This document shows positions 39,778-48,823 of a stretch of 63,951 nt of DNA, one piece after another; position 1 is the stretch's first letter; every line of letters begins with the position of its first letter. The notes beneath the pieces were generated by a model. That model was not told the DNA's origin and did not search any database. It saw only the letters and a program-made list of their open reading frames with translations. A program made the position numbers and the translations under genes. Source of the DNA: Euryarchaeota archaeon UBA257 (GTDB lineage: Archaea > Thermoplasmatota > Poseidoniia > Poseidoniales > Thalassarchaeaceae); NCBI GenBank assembly GCA_002498985.1, contig DAJO01000009.1, forward strand, positions 1 to 63,951, given 5' to 3'.

Positions 39778-40419
39778 ATGGGAATAGGAGGAGCTTACGA
39801 GCGTGAGTTACGCTCAGTACTTGCAGGCGAAGAAAAAGGAGTTCGTGCAATAACGAGGTCTTGTAGTGAAACTGAACGCGCTCAAGCCATGCAAATTTGT
39901 CAACGCCCATTTTTAGTTGTTAGAGCACCTGGAAGTGGATCCGAAGGTACAGGGGACCTTTTAGCATTAAGAGGAGATATGTGCTTTCCTATAGAAGTAA
40001 AATCTTCCAAAAAACCCAAACTATACCTTTCTGGTAGAACTGTTTTACAATATCAGGCATTGGAAGAAATAGGTATCAGATGTTCAATTCAACCATTTTA
40101 TGCTTATAGGTTAAAGGGAGTTAGAGGAGACAGTTGGAGAATATTTAGAGTTAAGACGGAGGGACTTACTGGAAAACTAAGATTATTTGCTCGAACGGTC
40201 CCTGAATTACCTTTAACAAGAAATGGAACACCATATTTAGATTGGGAGAAGGGACTTCCATTACATAAATTTCTTTCATTAATCTCTAAATCTGAAAATG
40301 CCAATAATATTCAGCCGAGTCCTTCACTTAAAAAAACTAATTTCTCAGTAATTGATACAAATATGGATCAATATGAATCATCTTCTGAGAGAATCGCATC
40401 AAGTCTATCGAACTCTTGA
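39778..40419 (+). CDS. hjc: Holliday junction resolvase Hjc-like nuclease with a C-terminal extension
   Basis: The nuclease motif order E (YERE), D (GDLLAL) and E-x-K (IEVKSSKK) is as in Hjc. At 213 aa it is longer than the typical ~125-140 aa. Confidence 0.7.
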   Translation: MGIGGAYERELRSVLAGEEKGVRAITRSCSETERAQAMQICQRPFLVVRAPGSGSEGTGDLLALRGDMCFPIEVKSSKKPKLYLSGRTVLQYQALEEIGIRCSIQPFYAYRLKGVRGDSWRIFRVKTEGLTGKLRLFARTVPELPLTRNGTPYLDWEKGLPLHKFLSLISKSENANNIQPSPSLKKTNFSVIDTNMDQYESSSERIASSLSNS

Positions 40420-40556
40420 ATTAGATTTTTCACTTCTTGATTAAGATTTTCCAGCCTAGCTTGGTTTAACAAACGAAGAATACTATCTCTTTCTCTACGA
40501 ATATTGTCAAGTTGACGTTTTTCACTCTTAATATCCTCTGAATTACGTTCAACCAT
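40368..40556 (-). CDS. possible small coiled-coil protein (62 aa)
   Basis: A highly charged heptad-like ORF in an otherwise 218-nt gap. It overlaps the hjc 3' end by 52 nt. No family recognised. Confidence 0.3.
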   Translation of the reverse strand: MVERNSEDIKSEKRQLDNIRRERDSILRLLNQARLENLNQEVKNLIQEFDRLDAILSEDDSY

Positions 40557-40661
40557 GTAAATCGGAGAGGCTAATCTTTGAAATCATTTTTGGAATAAAG
40601 AACACAAGTTGAAGAATGGGAGTGTTGGCCACCTAATATGCAAGATGAGGAGGGGTCACTC

Positions 40662-42182
40662 ATGAATCATCTTTTACCAATGATTTCAATCTACTTTTTT
40701 TATCTCCTAGGGCTACCAATTTGGGGTGCCATAATTATGATAATTTGGTACTCTGCACTGATAACTCTAGAAAATAATGGCACACTTGATAATTGGGATG
40801 CAACAAGAGTTTTGGGTTTCATTTTGATGATTAGAACAAAAAAGGGGAGAGTTATTCTTGAAAGAGTTTCAAAATATAGGAAATTTTGGAGAGGATTTGG
40901 AGAATTTTCAATATGGTTATGTTTTATTGTAATGTTTGGGGTAATGTTTCTTCTAATTTTCAGCGCTATACTATCAGCTTTTTCACCACCAGAAGATCCC
41001 ATTCCTGCTAAAGATCTTTTATTAATTCCTGGAGTAACAAGTTTTGTACCATTCTGGTGGCCTGTAATTACACTAATTATAGCCATAGTAATTCACGAAT
41101 ATGGGCATGCAATACAAGCAAGAGTTCATGGTATGAGGGCGAAAAGTTTCGGATTATTACTGTTAGGGCCTTTACCGATGGGGGCCTTTTTCGAACCTGA
41201 AATTCAAGAAATGACCAGAGCACCTAGAAGAGAAAGACTACGAATTTATGCCGCTGCACCATCGATAAATATTGTTGCAACATATTTCGTAATACTCTTA
41301 TTATCATGTACAGCATCAGGATTTGTAGCTTCTGAACCCGGATTACATGCAAAAGGAATTATCGTAGATAGTGGGGCTGAAGAAGCGGGATTAGAACCGT
41401 ATGAAATAATAACTCATCTTGATGGAATACATGTTCCAGATTATGATTCTTTCACAGACATAATGAATTCTAAATCTGCAGGAGATGAAATGAATTTATC
41501 AGTTTTGTCTAGAAAAAATGACATTGGAGATAGAGAATCAAGAGAAATTATTGTCACGTTAACTGATCAATTGGATTACTATCTTTCACAAGGAATTCCT
41601 ACTTGGTTTGAAGAACAAAATTGTGAGAATGAAGAACAGTGTACAGATATTTATATCAATTACTTGAATGAGAATAATATAGAACAGGGAAACGCTTTTC
41701 TTGGAGTTAGTGGGATTTCCTCAGGCACTAGCGCGGTAGATGGGTATAAGATATCATCTACCGATGATTTAAACCCCTTATTGAGGACCGTTCTTTTCAT
41801 TTTTAAGCCATTAGAATTATTGGGTGAGCCAATAAGACTAGAGGGGCACTCTATGCCACTAGAAGAGAGAGATCTACTTGAATCAGGTGATGGAATCATT
41901 GCTTCCACTATAGGGACTGCAGGTATGTTAGCTATTTTTGATTTCTTATTCTGGTTTGCATGGATAAATTTCATACTTGGTTTTGCTAATCTGATACCCA
42001 TGGTTCCATTTGATGGGGGACAAATCACTAGAGATTCTACTCACTCAATAATAAAATTCTTTGGGAAAAATATGAATCCTTTAAGAGTTGAAAAAATAGC
42101 TAACAGAGTTAGTGGTTTGAGTAGTATAATTATACTTCTAATTGTACTATTCCCTATATTATTAGCTAATATGTTAAACTAA
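40662..42182 (+). CDS. site-2 protease (M50 family) with a PDZ-like insert
   Basis: HEYGHA (HExxH) and the NLIPMVPFDGG motif. ATG 40662 is preceded by GAGGAGGGG. An alternative ATG is at 40638. Confidence 0.85.
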   Translation: MNHLLPMISIYFFYLLGLPIWGAIIMIIWYSALITLENNGTLDNWDATRVLGFILMIRTKKGRVILERVSKYRKFWRGFGEFSIWLCFIVMFGVMFLLIFSAILSAFSPPEDPIPAKDLLLIPGVTSFVPFWWPVITLIIAIVIHEYGHAIQARVHGMRAKSFGLLLLGPLPMGAFFEPEIQEMTRAPRRERLRIYAAAPSINIVATYFVILLLSCTASGFVASEPGLHAKGIIVDSGAEEAGLEPYEIITHLDGIHVPDYDSFTDIMNSKSAGDEMNLSVLSRKNDIGDRESREIIVTLTDQLDYYLSQGIPTWFEEQNCENEEQCTDIYINYLNENNIEQGNAFLGVSGISSGTSAVDGYKISSTDDLNPLLRTVLFIFKPLELLGEPIRLEGHSMPLEERDLLESGDGIIASTIGTAGMLAIFDFLFWFAWINFILGFANLIPMVPFDGGQITRDSTHSIIKFFGKNMNPLRVEKIANRVSGLSSIIILLIVLFPILLANMLN

Positions 42183-42186
42183 AACT

Positions 42187-43071
42187 TTATTCTTCTTCTT
42201 CGTTTTTACTAGGGATAAAGATATCATAAACCATGGGGATAATTACAACTGCAGCAATTAATGTAAACAAATTGTTCCAAGTTTGTCCAGATACAAATGA
42301 GGACGTTCCAGAGAAAAAGAGTTTGATTGCTCCGACCCACGGAATCTCAGATGATGCGACCCCTACTACCCAAGTATCTCTTACCGCAGTTACAGGATTA
42401 CCAAATTCATCCTTTAAACCACGACTCTGGATATATGAATCGTCGGCTGTAGAGCTGGTCGCTCTTAGTTGATCGATTGTACACCCATTTGTCATCCTGT
42501 TATCACCAGTTGTAAGGTATCCTTCGTGTCTAGGAACCCACTTATCGATTGTTAAATTTCCATGAGGTGCACAAGAATAATCTAATGTTAAAGAAATATT
42601 ACTTACATTTACTAGATTGGTACCTGGTACATCCCATGTCAAAATACATATGTATTCTAACTCATCGAACACGCCTTCAGAACAGGAGTTATCAATTGGA
42701 ATTTCTGTTAAATTTGTTTCTGCTTTGAGTAAGACTCGATGAATAACAGGAGTATCAGAACCACCATTTTTTTGATATATTATAACATCTCCAAACATAC
42801 CATGCATTTCATATCCAAAGTTCTTATTTTCCTCATTAGACGCTTCTACATAGGTAACTATGTCTACTCTGTCAGGATTCATAATTAATACTAAATCGCC
42901 CGGGTCAATCGCTCCTATGGAACCTTCTTCACTATGCTTCATAGAGCCGGATTCAACAACAACCATTGGAGGAAACATACCAGTGGCTAACCACATTGAA
43001 CCAAGTAATAAGAAAACTAATCCTACAGCAAGTAATGCCTCTCTAAGATAGAGTTTGAAATCATTTGACAT
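42187..43071 (-). CDS. signal peptidase I, archaeal/eukaryotic Sec11 type (S26B)
   Basis: SGSM, VIHRV and GDN boxes, with N- and C-terminal TM helices. ATG 43071 abuts the upstream stop. Confidence 0.8.
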   Translation of the reverse strand: MSNDFKLYLREALLAVGLVFLLLGSMWLATGMFPPMVVVESGSMKHSEEGSIGAIDPGDLVLIMNPDRVDIVTYVEASNEENKNFGYEMHGMFGDVIIYQKNGGSDTPVIHRVLLKAETNLTEIPIDNSCSEGVFDELEYICILTWDVPGTNLVNVSNISLTLDYSCAPHGNLTIDKWVPRHEGYLTTGDNRMTNGCTIDQLRATSSTADDSYIQSRGLKDEFGNPVTAVRDTWVVGVASSEIPWVGAIKLFFSGTSSFVSGQTWNNLFTLIAAVVIIPMVYDIFIPSKNEEEE

Positions 43072-43072
43072 A

Positions 43073-43867
43073 CTAATTACCCTTGGAGTTATACGACCTA
43101 GTAGAATATAATATGAAAGAGACAAATAATATCAGAATAATGCTAACAGGATCAACATGAGGGGAAGGATGATGGAAAGAGGTTAACCCACTAATTCTCT
43201 CTGTGATATCAATAGTATAACTTCTACTACCATCCCTAGATGCAAGGCCGAAAATAGTGTTCCATAACAGCGAAATTAAAGTTATTGAGGTGATGGAAAT
43301 TAACATTCTATGGACGAGCAACTCCCTAAGTAGGCCTAATCCGGGAAGTTGTCGAGAAATGACTGAATCAGGATTATTCCACCATTTTTCTTCGATTGAG
43401 ATATTATTTTGAGTACTAACTTTTGGAGAATTAATCAGGTTCTTCCCAACAGGAATTTCATGTGCTTCAAGTAATTCACGCATCTGACTCATATATCTTA
43501 CTCCTAGCATTATTGCTGCTTCTTCACCTTCTTTTCGGCGCCTTAAAACTTCAGCACGTGAATCCAATAATAAGATATCATCTAGAGTCTGTTTCATCCC
43601 TAGATAAAAGAAGAACTCCGGGCCAACATAAAATGTGCCAATTGCACCGATTAACATGCCTATCCAACTTAATGCGACAATATTTTCTTTAGATGGATCA
43701 GTGGGCCCTGAAAGACCGAAAAGGAAAACTATCCCCCAAACTAATAGTGCAAGTGAAAGAATTGAAACATTAGTGATTATTTGGAAATGTCTGCCTCTTT
43801 GGCTATCCCATAATCGACCAAAAAAACTCAGGTTTCTATCATCTCGACGAGCCATTATATCATTCAT
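43073..43867 (-). CDS. hypothetical membrane protein (4-5 TM with a central soluble loop)
   Basis: Long ORF with hydrophobic helices. Its stop codon (43073-43075) lies 1 nt upstream of the signal peptidase ATG (43071). No family recognised. Confidence 0.6.
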   Translation of the reverse strand: MNDIMARRDDRNLSFFGRLWDSQRGRHFQIITNVSILSLALLVWGIVFLFGLSGPTDPSKENIVALSWIGMLIGAIGTFYVGPEFFFYLGMKQTLDDILLLDSRAEVLRRRKEGEEAAIMLGVRYMSQMRELLEAHEIPVGKNLINSPKVSTQNNISIEEKWWNNPDSVISRQLPGLGLLRELLVHRMLISITSITLISLLWNTIFGLASRDGSRSYTIDITERISGLTSFHHPSPHVDPVSIILILFVSFILYSTRSYNSKGN

Positions 43868-43966
43868 GGGTAAGGCTTCGTGGCTTAGTGTCTTACGCTA
43901 TCAAGTTCACATGAAAAAATATAATTTTACCAATTAATTGATTTGCTTTACTGTTAATCGGATACT

Positions 43967-45151
43967 ATGGGAAAGCAATGGCTAGTGGTCTTGATTGTTA
44001 TTGGATTTATTCTTTCTGGCTGTATCGGAGATGAATTTCTAGATATGGATAATGATGGCATAGAAGATAATGAAGATTTAGATAGAGACGGAGATGGCTG
44101 GATGAACATAATAGAGATTGATTGTAACAGTGACCCAGATAATATTGAAGAAAAACCTAACGATCTTGATAATGATACAATCTGTGATACTTTAGATGAA
44201 GATATTGATGGAGATGAATTACCAAATGACTGGGAAGTCGAAAGAGGTCTTGATCCAATGGATAATAATGACACCATTATTTGTCATGGTTTGTCAAAAT
44301 ACTGTTTAAGAAATTATGATGATTTTACATTTCCTGAAACACATAATGCTTTCGCTACATCAGAAGATGGAGTAATTCTTGGCACTAATCACTACACAGG
44401 TCTCCAAGCTCAATGGGATGGAGGAGTAAGGGCATTTATGGTTGATGCTCATCATCTAAGTGATGAAGAAACTGAAGCCGAAGATGTGAGATTTTGTCAT
44501 GGTTCTCCTGGACAGTTCCCCCACCCCTGCATGTACTCCGAGGTAGACCCTTTTGAGTGGTTATCACTTCTAAATTCAATGATGAATCTAACTGATGAAA
44601 ATTGTTCATTCAAATGTGGAGAGGTTGTATCTATACTAGTTGAAAACTATGTTCCTGCTGAACATTTGGAGTTTTTATTTAATCGAACTGGAATTATTGA
44701 AAGAGTATTTATCCATCAATTAGGAGACCCATGGCCTTCAATTGGAGATATGATTCTACAAGGAAAGGATGTCGTCATATATGTCCAATCTGAGTATAAT
44801 GAAAGTTATTCATATTTCCATCCAGCTTGGAAGCATAGTTGGGACACCCCATATGGTCAGCAAGATAAAGAAGAAATGACATGTGAATTAGGAAGAGGGG
44901 ATTCGAGTCAGTCGGTTTGGCATCTGAGTAACTGGTTAAGTAGTATCTTTGGCACTGCAGATCCTTACAAGGCACATGAAGTAAATGAGTATGAATTTTT
45001 ACTAAACAGAACTATCGAATGTTGGGAAATTATGGATAGAAGACCTACATTTGTAGCTGTAGATTATTGGGAAGATGGTGAGATAACAAATGTAACAATC
45101 ACATTAAACAAAATGGAAAATTGGGATGATGAAATACCCGCCCATCCATAA
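43967..45151 (+). CDS. lipoprotein with thrombospondin-type-3-like Ca-binding repeats and a PLC-like phosphodiesterase (PI-PLC X-domain-like) domain
   Basis: Lipobox LSGC. Asp-rich DxDxDG-type repeats (DNDGIEDNEDLDRDGDG, DLDNDTICDTLDEDIDGD). The rest runs from THNAF... through GVRAFMVDAH... and CH to VAVDYWEDG, resembling PLCXD-family proteins. Confidence 0.6.
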   Translation: MGKQWLVVLIVIGFILSGCIGDEFLDMDNDGIEDNEDLDRDGDGWMNIIEIDCNSDPDNIEEKPNDLDNDTICDTLDEDIDGDELPNDWEVERGLDPMDNNDTIICHGLSKYCLRNYDDFTFPETHNAFATSEDGVILGTNHYTGLQAQWDGGVRAFMVDAHHLSDEETEAEDVRFCHGSPGQFPHPCMYSEVDPFEWLSLLNSMMNLTDENCSFKCGEVVSILVENYVPAEHLEFLFNRTGIIERVFIHQLGDPWPSIGDMILQGKDVVIYVQSEYNESYSYFHPAWKHSWDTPYGQQDKEEMTCELGRGDSSQSVWHLSNWLSSIFGTADPYKAHEVNEYEFLLNRTIECWEIMDRRPTFVAVDYWEDGEITNVTITLNKMENWDDEIPAHP

Positions 45152-45216
45152 ATTGAGTTCTTGAAGTCAAACTATAATTCGTTGGGTTTTCTAAATAGGA
45201 CCTTGTCGATACAGAC

Positions 45217-48201
45217 ATGGAAGGGGCAGCAATGCAAGTTCTGCACCCTAAAGTTAGAGATTTAATAAATGATTTAGGTTGGAATCTAACTCCAATACAA
45301 GAAGAAGCAACTATTGATTTATGTGCAGGAAAAAATAGACTTTTAGTTGCTCCAACCGGAAGTGGTAAAACCGAAGCAGCGATATTACCAGTAATTTCTA
45401 GAGCAATTAATGAGAATTGGGAAGGGTTGTCAATTCTATATATTACGCCATTAAGAGCATTGAATAGAGATATTGATAGAAGATTATCTACGATGTTAAA
45501 ACCTCTTGGATTAACTGTTGGGCTAAGACATGGAGATACTACCCAAAAAGAAAGAACCAAACAATCAAAAAATCCTCCAAATTTATTGGTTACAACACCA
45601 GAAACTACACAAATAATGATGTTAGGAAGTAGATTAAGAAAACATCTTTCAGGCGTTAAAGTTATTATTTTAGATGAAATTCACGACTTAGCAGGAAGTG
45701 AAAGAGGGTCTCAATTAATGGTTGGTCTAGAACGTATTGCAGATATTAATCCAAATAATATACAACGAATAGGTCTCTCAGCAACTGTTGGAAACCCAGA
45801 TGAAGTTGCTAATTATATGGCAAAAAATGCGCAACCTATACTAGGTCCCGCTCCGAGATTTACAGATGTTTTGGTGCATAAAGAAATACCTTCCCCAGAA
45901 GATGAGATTTTATCGGTAAAATGGTCAGTTTCGCCTAATTCAATTGCTGCCTTTCGAAGACTGGCTAATTCGTTGATAGAAGATTACCCATCATTAGTAT
46001 TCGTTAATTCAAGATCTGCTGCTGAAACTGTTTCTCAAAGATTGGCAGCGATAGCACCGGAAATAAAAATTGGCGTACACCATGGAAGTCTTGCTTCCGA
46101 CACTAGAAAAGAAATGGAAGATAAGCTAAGAAATGGTGATTTGCATGGGATTATTTGTACTAGTAGTTTAGAATTAGGGATTGATATTGGATCAATTAAG
46201 AAGGTCCATCAACTACAATCTCCAAGAGCAGTGGATAGATTGTTGCAAAGAATGGGGAGAGCTGAGCACCATCTAGGAGGAACCGGTAGAGGAGAAATTC
46301 TAGCATGGGAATTAGATGAAATTTCTGAATGTGCTGTGATTTCAAGAAGAGCCATGGCATCGGAACTTGAAGGAGTAGAATGGCAAACAGAACCAGGAAT
46401 TGTTGCTGCAAATCAATTCATTCAGTTGAGTATAGAAAGAGGATTAGTTCCACTTCAGAAAGCTAATGAAATTATAGAGAATTGTTCACTATTCAGGGAA
46501 TGGAGTTATGAAAAAACTCTGAATATATTGAGAGTATTAAATGATCGTTGGTTAATCAGACTTGTTGAAAATCCAGAGGATTCAGATGTAACTAAATGGC
46601 CAGCAAGACTTTGGGAGGAGTTAGCAAAGAAAAGTAATCAAAATATTCCTGAGAAAAGGCCTCCATGGGATGAAGAACAAAAAGAATCTGATAAAACTAG
46701 ATGGAGGAAGGCAATGATAAAACATCTCCCAAAGAGTCTAGAAAAAGGCTGGTTTTCTCCATCCGGAAAGGCCGCTAAATCTAGGACTGAGCATATCTCC
46801 ATGATTCCAGATGAAATTTCTTACAGGGTTCGAGATGCAGTAAGTAGATCTGTTCTTGGTTCTGTTGACGAAGCATTTGTTTTATCACTGAATAATGATG
46901 CTAGTGATGATTCGCTCGGGAGAGCGAGAAGATTTGTAATGGCGGGAAGAACTTGGCAAATTGTTGATGCGGACCCAGAGCAGGAAGAACTTCTAGTTGC
47001 TCCAATAAAAGAAACTGGAGAAGCCCCTGTGTGGTCGGGAGAATTACCACCAGTACCAAAGGAAGTTGCAAGAGAGGTTGGTAAATTGAGAAGGGCTGTT
47101 GCCATATCAATAGGAGCAATTGAAGATGATAATTCTGTAATCTCCTTTGAAGAATATCCATTATCGCCCAGTGCAAGAGATGTTCTAATTAGAACAGTCG
47201 GAGAACATATTGAGGCTACAGGATATTTACCCGATGAAAAAACTATTACTATAGAAGAAAGACAAAATACAATTATTCTAAACACATGTGCTGGTTCCAA
47301 AATCAATGAAACTTTAGCTTATCTAATTCAAGCATTTGGTTCATTAAAAGAAGGGAAAATGGGAAGAACTTTAATCGACCCTTATAGAATATCTATTCAA
47401 ATTCCAGGAACAAATACTTCGGATATAATTGGATGGTTACAAGACACTCCTCCTGTTGCATTACCTTCTCTAATGCGGATGACAATTCCCAATGGCAGAG
47501 CAGTGAGATGGAGAGTAGTCCAAGTAGCAAGAAGAATGGGAGTTTTACGAAAAGGAGTAGACCCACGTAAAGTAAATCTTCAGGGTTTAATGAGAAGATG
47601 GAAGGGGACACCAGTAATAGAAGAGGCACTGAGTAAATTATTCCATGAAAGAATGGATATTGATGCAACTGTAGATTTATTGTCAGAAATACAAAATGGA
47701 GAAATAAAATTATTAGTCACTCCACCAGGACCTCTTGGTCAATCAAAAAAGAGCGAAAAAGATCTATTGCTTCCATCATGGTCTGATAAAGAATTGAGGG
47801 ATCACTTAGAAGTTAGATTAGTCAATGAAAGAGCGGTATTGATTTGTCTAAATTGCAAAAATAAAACAAGGAAGAGAGTGGCTAGATTTGCAGAAAGAAT
47901 TGAACCATGTTCAACATGTTCGGGAACTATGCAAGCATGTGCCCCAGAAAGAATGGAGTCTATGTTATCTGATTGGGTTGAGAGTAAAGATCCTAAAATA
48001 TCTGGAAAGATGACTAAGAATGCGGAATTGATTCGCACACATGGTAAAGATGCAATCATTTGTATGATGGGGAGGGGGATTGCAGAAGAAACTGCAACTA
48101 AAATACTCAGAGGACACATTGTTGGAGAAAGGGTAAGATTACTTCGTTCTATACATAATGCTGAATTAAAATATGCTTCAACTAGAAGATATTGGGGATA
48201 A
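45217..48201 (+). CDS. lhr: Lhr-like superfamily 2 DEAD/DEAH-box helicase
   Basis: APTGSGKT Walker A, DEIH box and SAT. The long C-terminal region includes a CxxC...CxxC zinc ribbon. 994 aa. An alternative ATG is at 45232. Confidence 0.85.
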   Translation: MEGAAMQVLHPKVRDLINDLGWNLTPIQEEATIDLCAGKNRLLVAPTGSGKTEAAILPVISRAINENWEGLSILYITPLRALNRDIDRRLSTMLKPLGLTVGLRHGDTTQKERTKQSKNPPNLLVTTPETTQIMMLGSRLRKHLSGVKVIILDEIHDLAGSERGSQLMVGLERIADINPNNIQRIGLSATVGNPDEVANYMAKNAQPILGPAPRFTDVLVHKEIPSPEDEILSVKWSVSPNSIAAFRRLANSLIEDYPSLVFVNSRSAAETVSQRLAAIAPEIKIGVHHGSLASDTRKEMEDKLRNGDLHGIICTSSLELGIDIGSIKKVHQLQSPRAVDRLLQRMGRAEHHLGGTGRGEILAWELDEISECAVISRRAMASELEGVEWQTEPGIVAANQFIQLSIERGLVPLQKANEIIENCSLFREWSYEKTLNILRVLNDRWLIRLVENPEDSDVTKWPARLWEELAKKSNQNIPEKRPPWDEEQKESDKTRWRKAMIKHLPKSLEKGWFSPSGKAAKSRTEHISMIPDEISYRVRDAVSRSVLGSVDEAFVLSLNNDASDDSLGRARRFVMAGRTWQIVDADPEQEELLVAPIKETGEAPVWSGELPPVPKEVAREVGKLRRAVAISIGAIEDDNSVISFEEYPLSPSARDVLIRTVGEHIEATGYLPDEKTITIEERQNTIILNTCAGSKINETLAYLIQAFGSLKEGKMGRTLIDPYRISIQIPGTNTSDIIGWLQDTPPVALPSLMRMTIPNGRAVRWRVVQVARRMGVLRKGVDPRKVNLQGLMRRWKGTPVIEEALSKLFHERMDIDATVDLLSEIQNGEIKLLVTPPGPLGQSKKSEKDLLLPSWSDKELRDHLEVRLVNERAVLICLNCKNKTRKRVARFAERIEPCSTCSGTMQACAPERMESMLSDWVESKDPKISGKMTKNAELIRTHGKDAIICMMGRGIAEETATKILRGHIVGERVRLLRSIHNAELKYASTRRYWG

Positions 48202-48243
48202 GAAAAGGCAATCACTATTTCCATCCTTTCACTGGGTATTGAC

Positions 48244-48786
48244 ATGCTCATCGGTTTGACTGGGAAAAATGCGTCTGGAAAGTCGACAGTTGTTGACTGG
48301 TTTTCAAAAAAGGGCTTGGAGACTTTATCCTGTTCAGATTCTATCAGAGCATGGCTAGCAGAACAAAATATTGAACCTACAAGAGACGCTTTGATTGAAG
48401 GAGGGAGAGAACTTAGAAGAAAGGGTGGCGCTGGAATATTAGCAGAAATGTTGCTAGACATTCTGGATGGAAAGGATGCTGTTGTTGATTCAATTAGAAC
48501 CCCTGGAGAAGTTGAGGCTTTGAGGAAAAGAGATGATTTTATGTTAATAGAAATTAGAGCAAATACAGAAACAAGATGGGAGAGACTGCAAAGTAGGGCA
48601 AGAGCTGGTGATCCCTTAGACAAAGAGACTTTTATGGAGCAAGAAAATGCAGAAGCGGTGGCAAAAGATGCTGCTGGTCAAGCGTTAAATGCTACTGCTG
48701 AATTAGCAGATATAGTAATTCTAAATGATGGAACAGAAGAAGAATTGTTGTCTGACTTAGAAGAATTATACATGAAATTGAAATAA
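48244..48786 (+). CDS. P-loop nucleotide kinase (UPF0200 / dephospho-CoA-kinase-like family)
   Basis: GLTGKNASGKST P-loop. The overall pattern (DSIR...EVEALR...RWERL) resembles archaeal UPF0200 proteins. Confidence 0.65.
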   Translation: MLIGLTGKNASGKSTVVDWFSKKGLETLSCSDSIRAWLAEQNIEPTRDALIEGGRELRRKGGAGILAEMLLDILDGKDAVVDSIRTPGEVEALRKRDDFMLIEIRANTETRWERLQSRARAGDPLDKETFMEQENAEAVAKDAAGQALNATAELADIVILNDGTEEELLSDLEELYMKLK

Positions 48787-48823
48787 TTATTACTGCTTCC
48801 GGAAGATAACTTATCAATGACAT

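Noticed and set aside
40700-42028. 128-aa and 122-aa minus-strand ORFs inside the site-2 protease gene
   Set aside because: Antisense shadows of a gene with clear HExxH and NxxPxxxxDG motifs.
45099-45560. 153-aa minus-strand ORF over the Lhr 5' end (also 46821..47306 and 46901..47176)
   Set aside because: Antisense to the helicase motifs I/Ia coding region, with no independent support.
47802-48623. 273-aa ORF on the minus strand spanning the Lhr 3' end, the intergenic gap and the kinase gene
   Set aside because: Ser/Leu/Ile-rich low-complexity translation typical of the antisense frame of acidic AT-rich genes. It fully overlaps two well-supported plus-strand genes and has no motif or ribosome-binding site.
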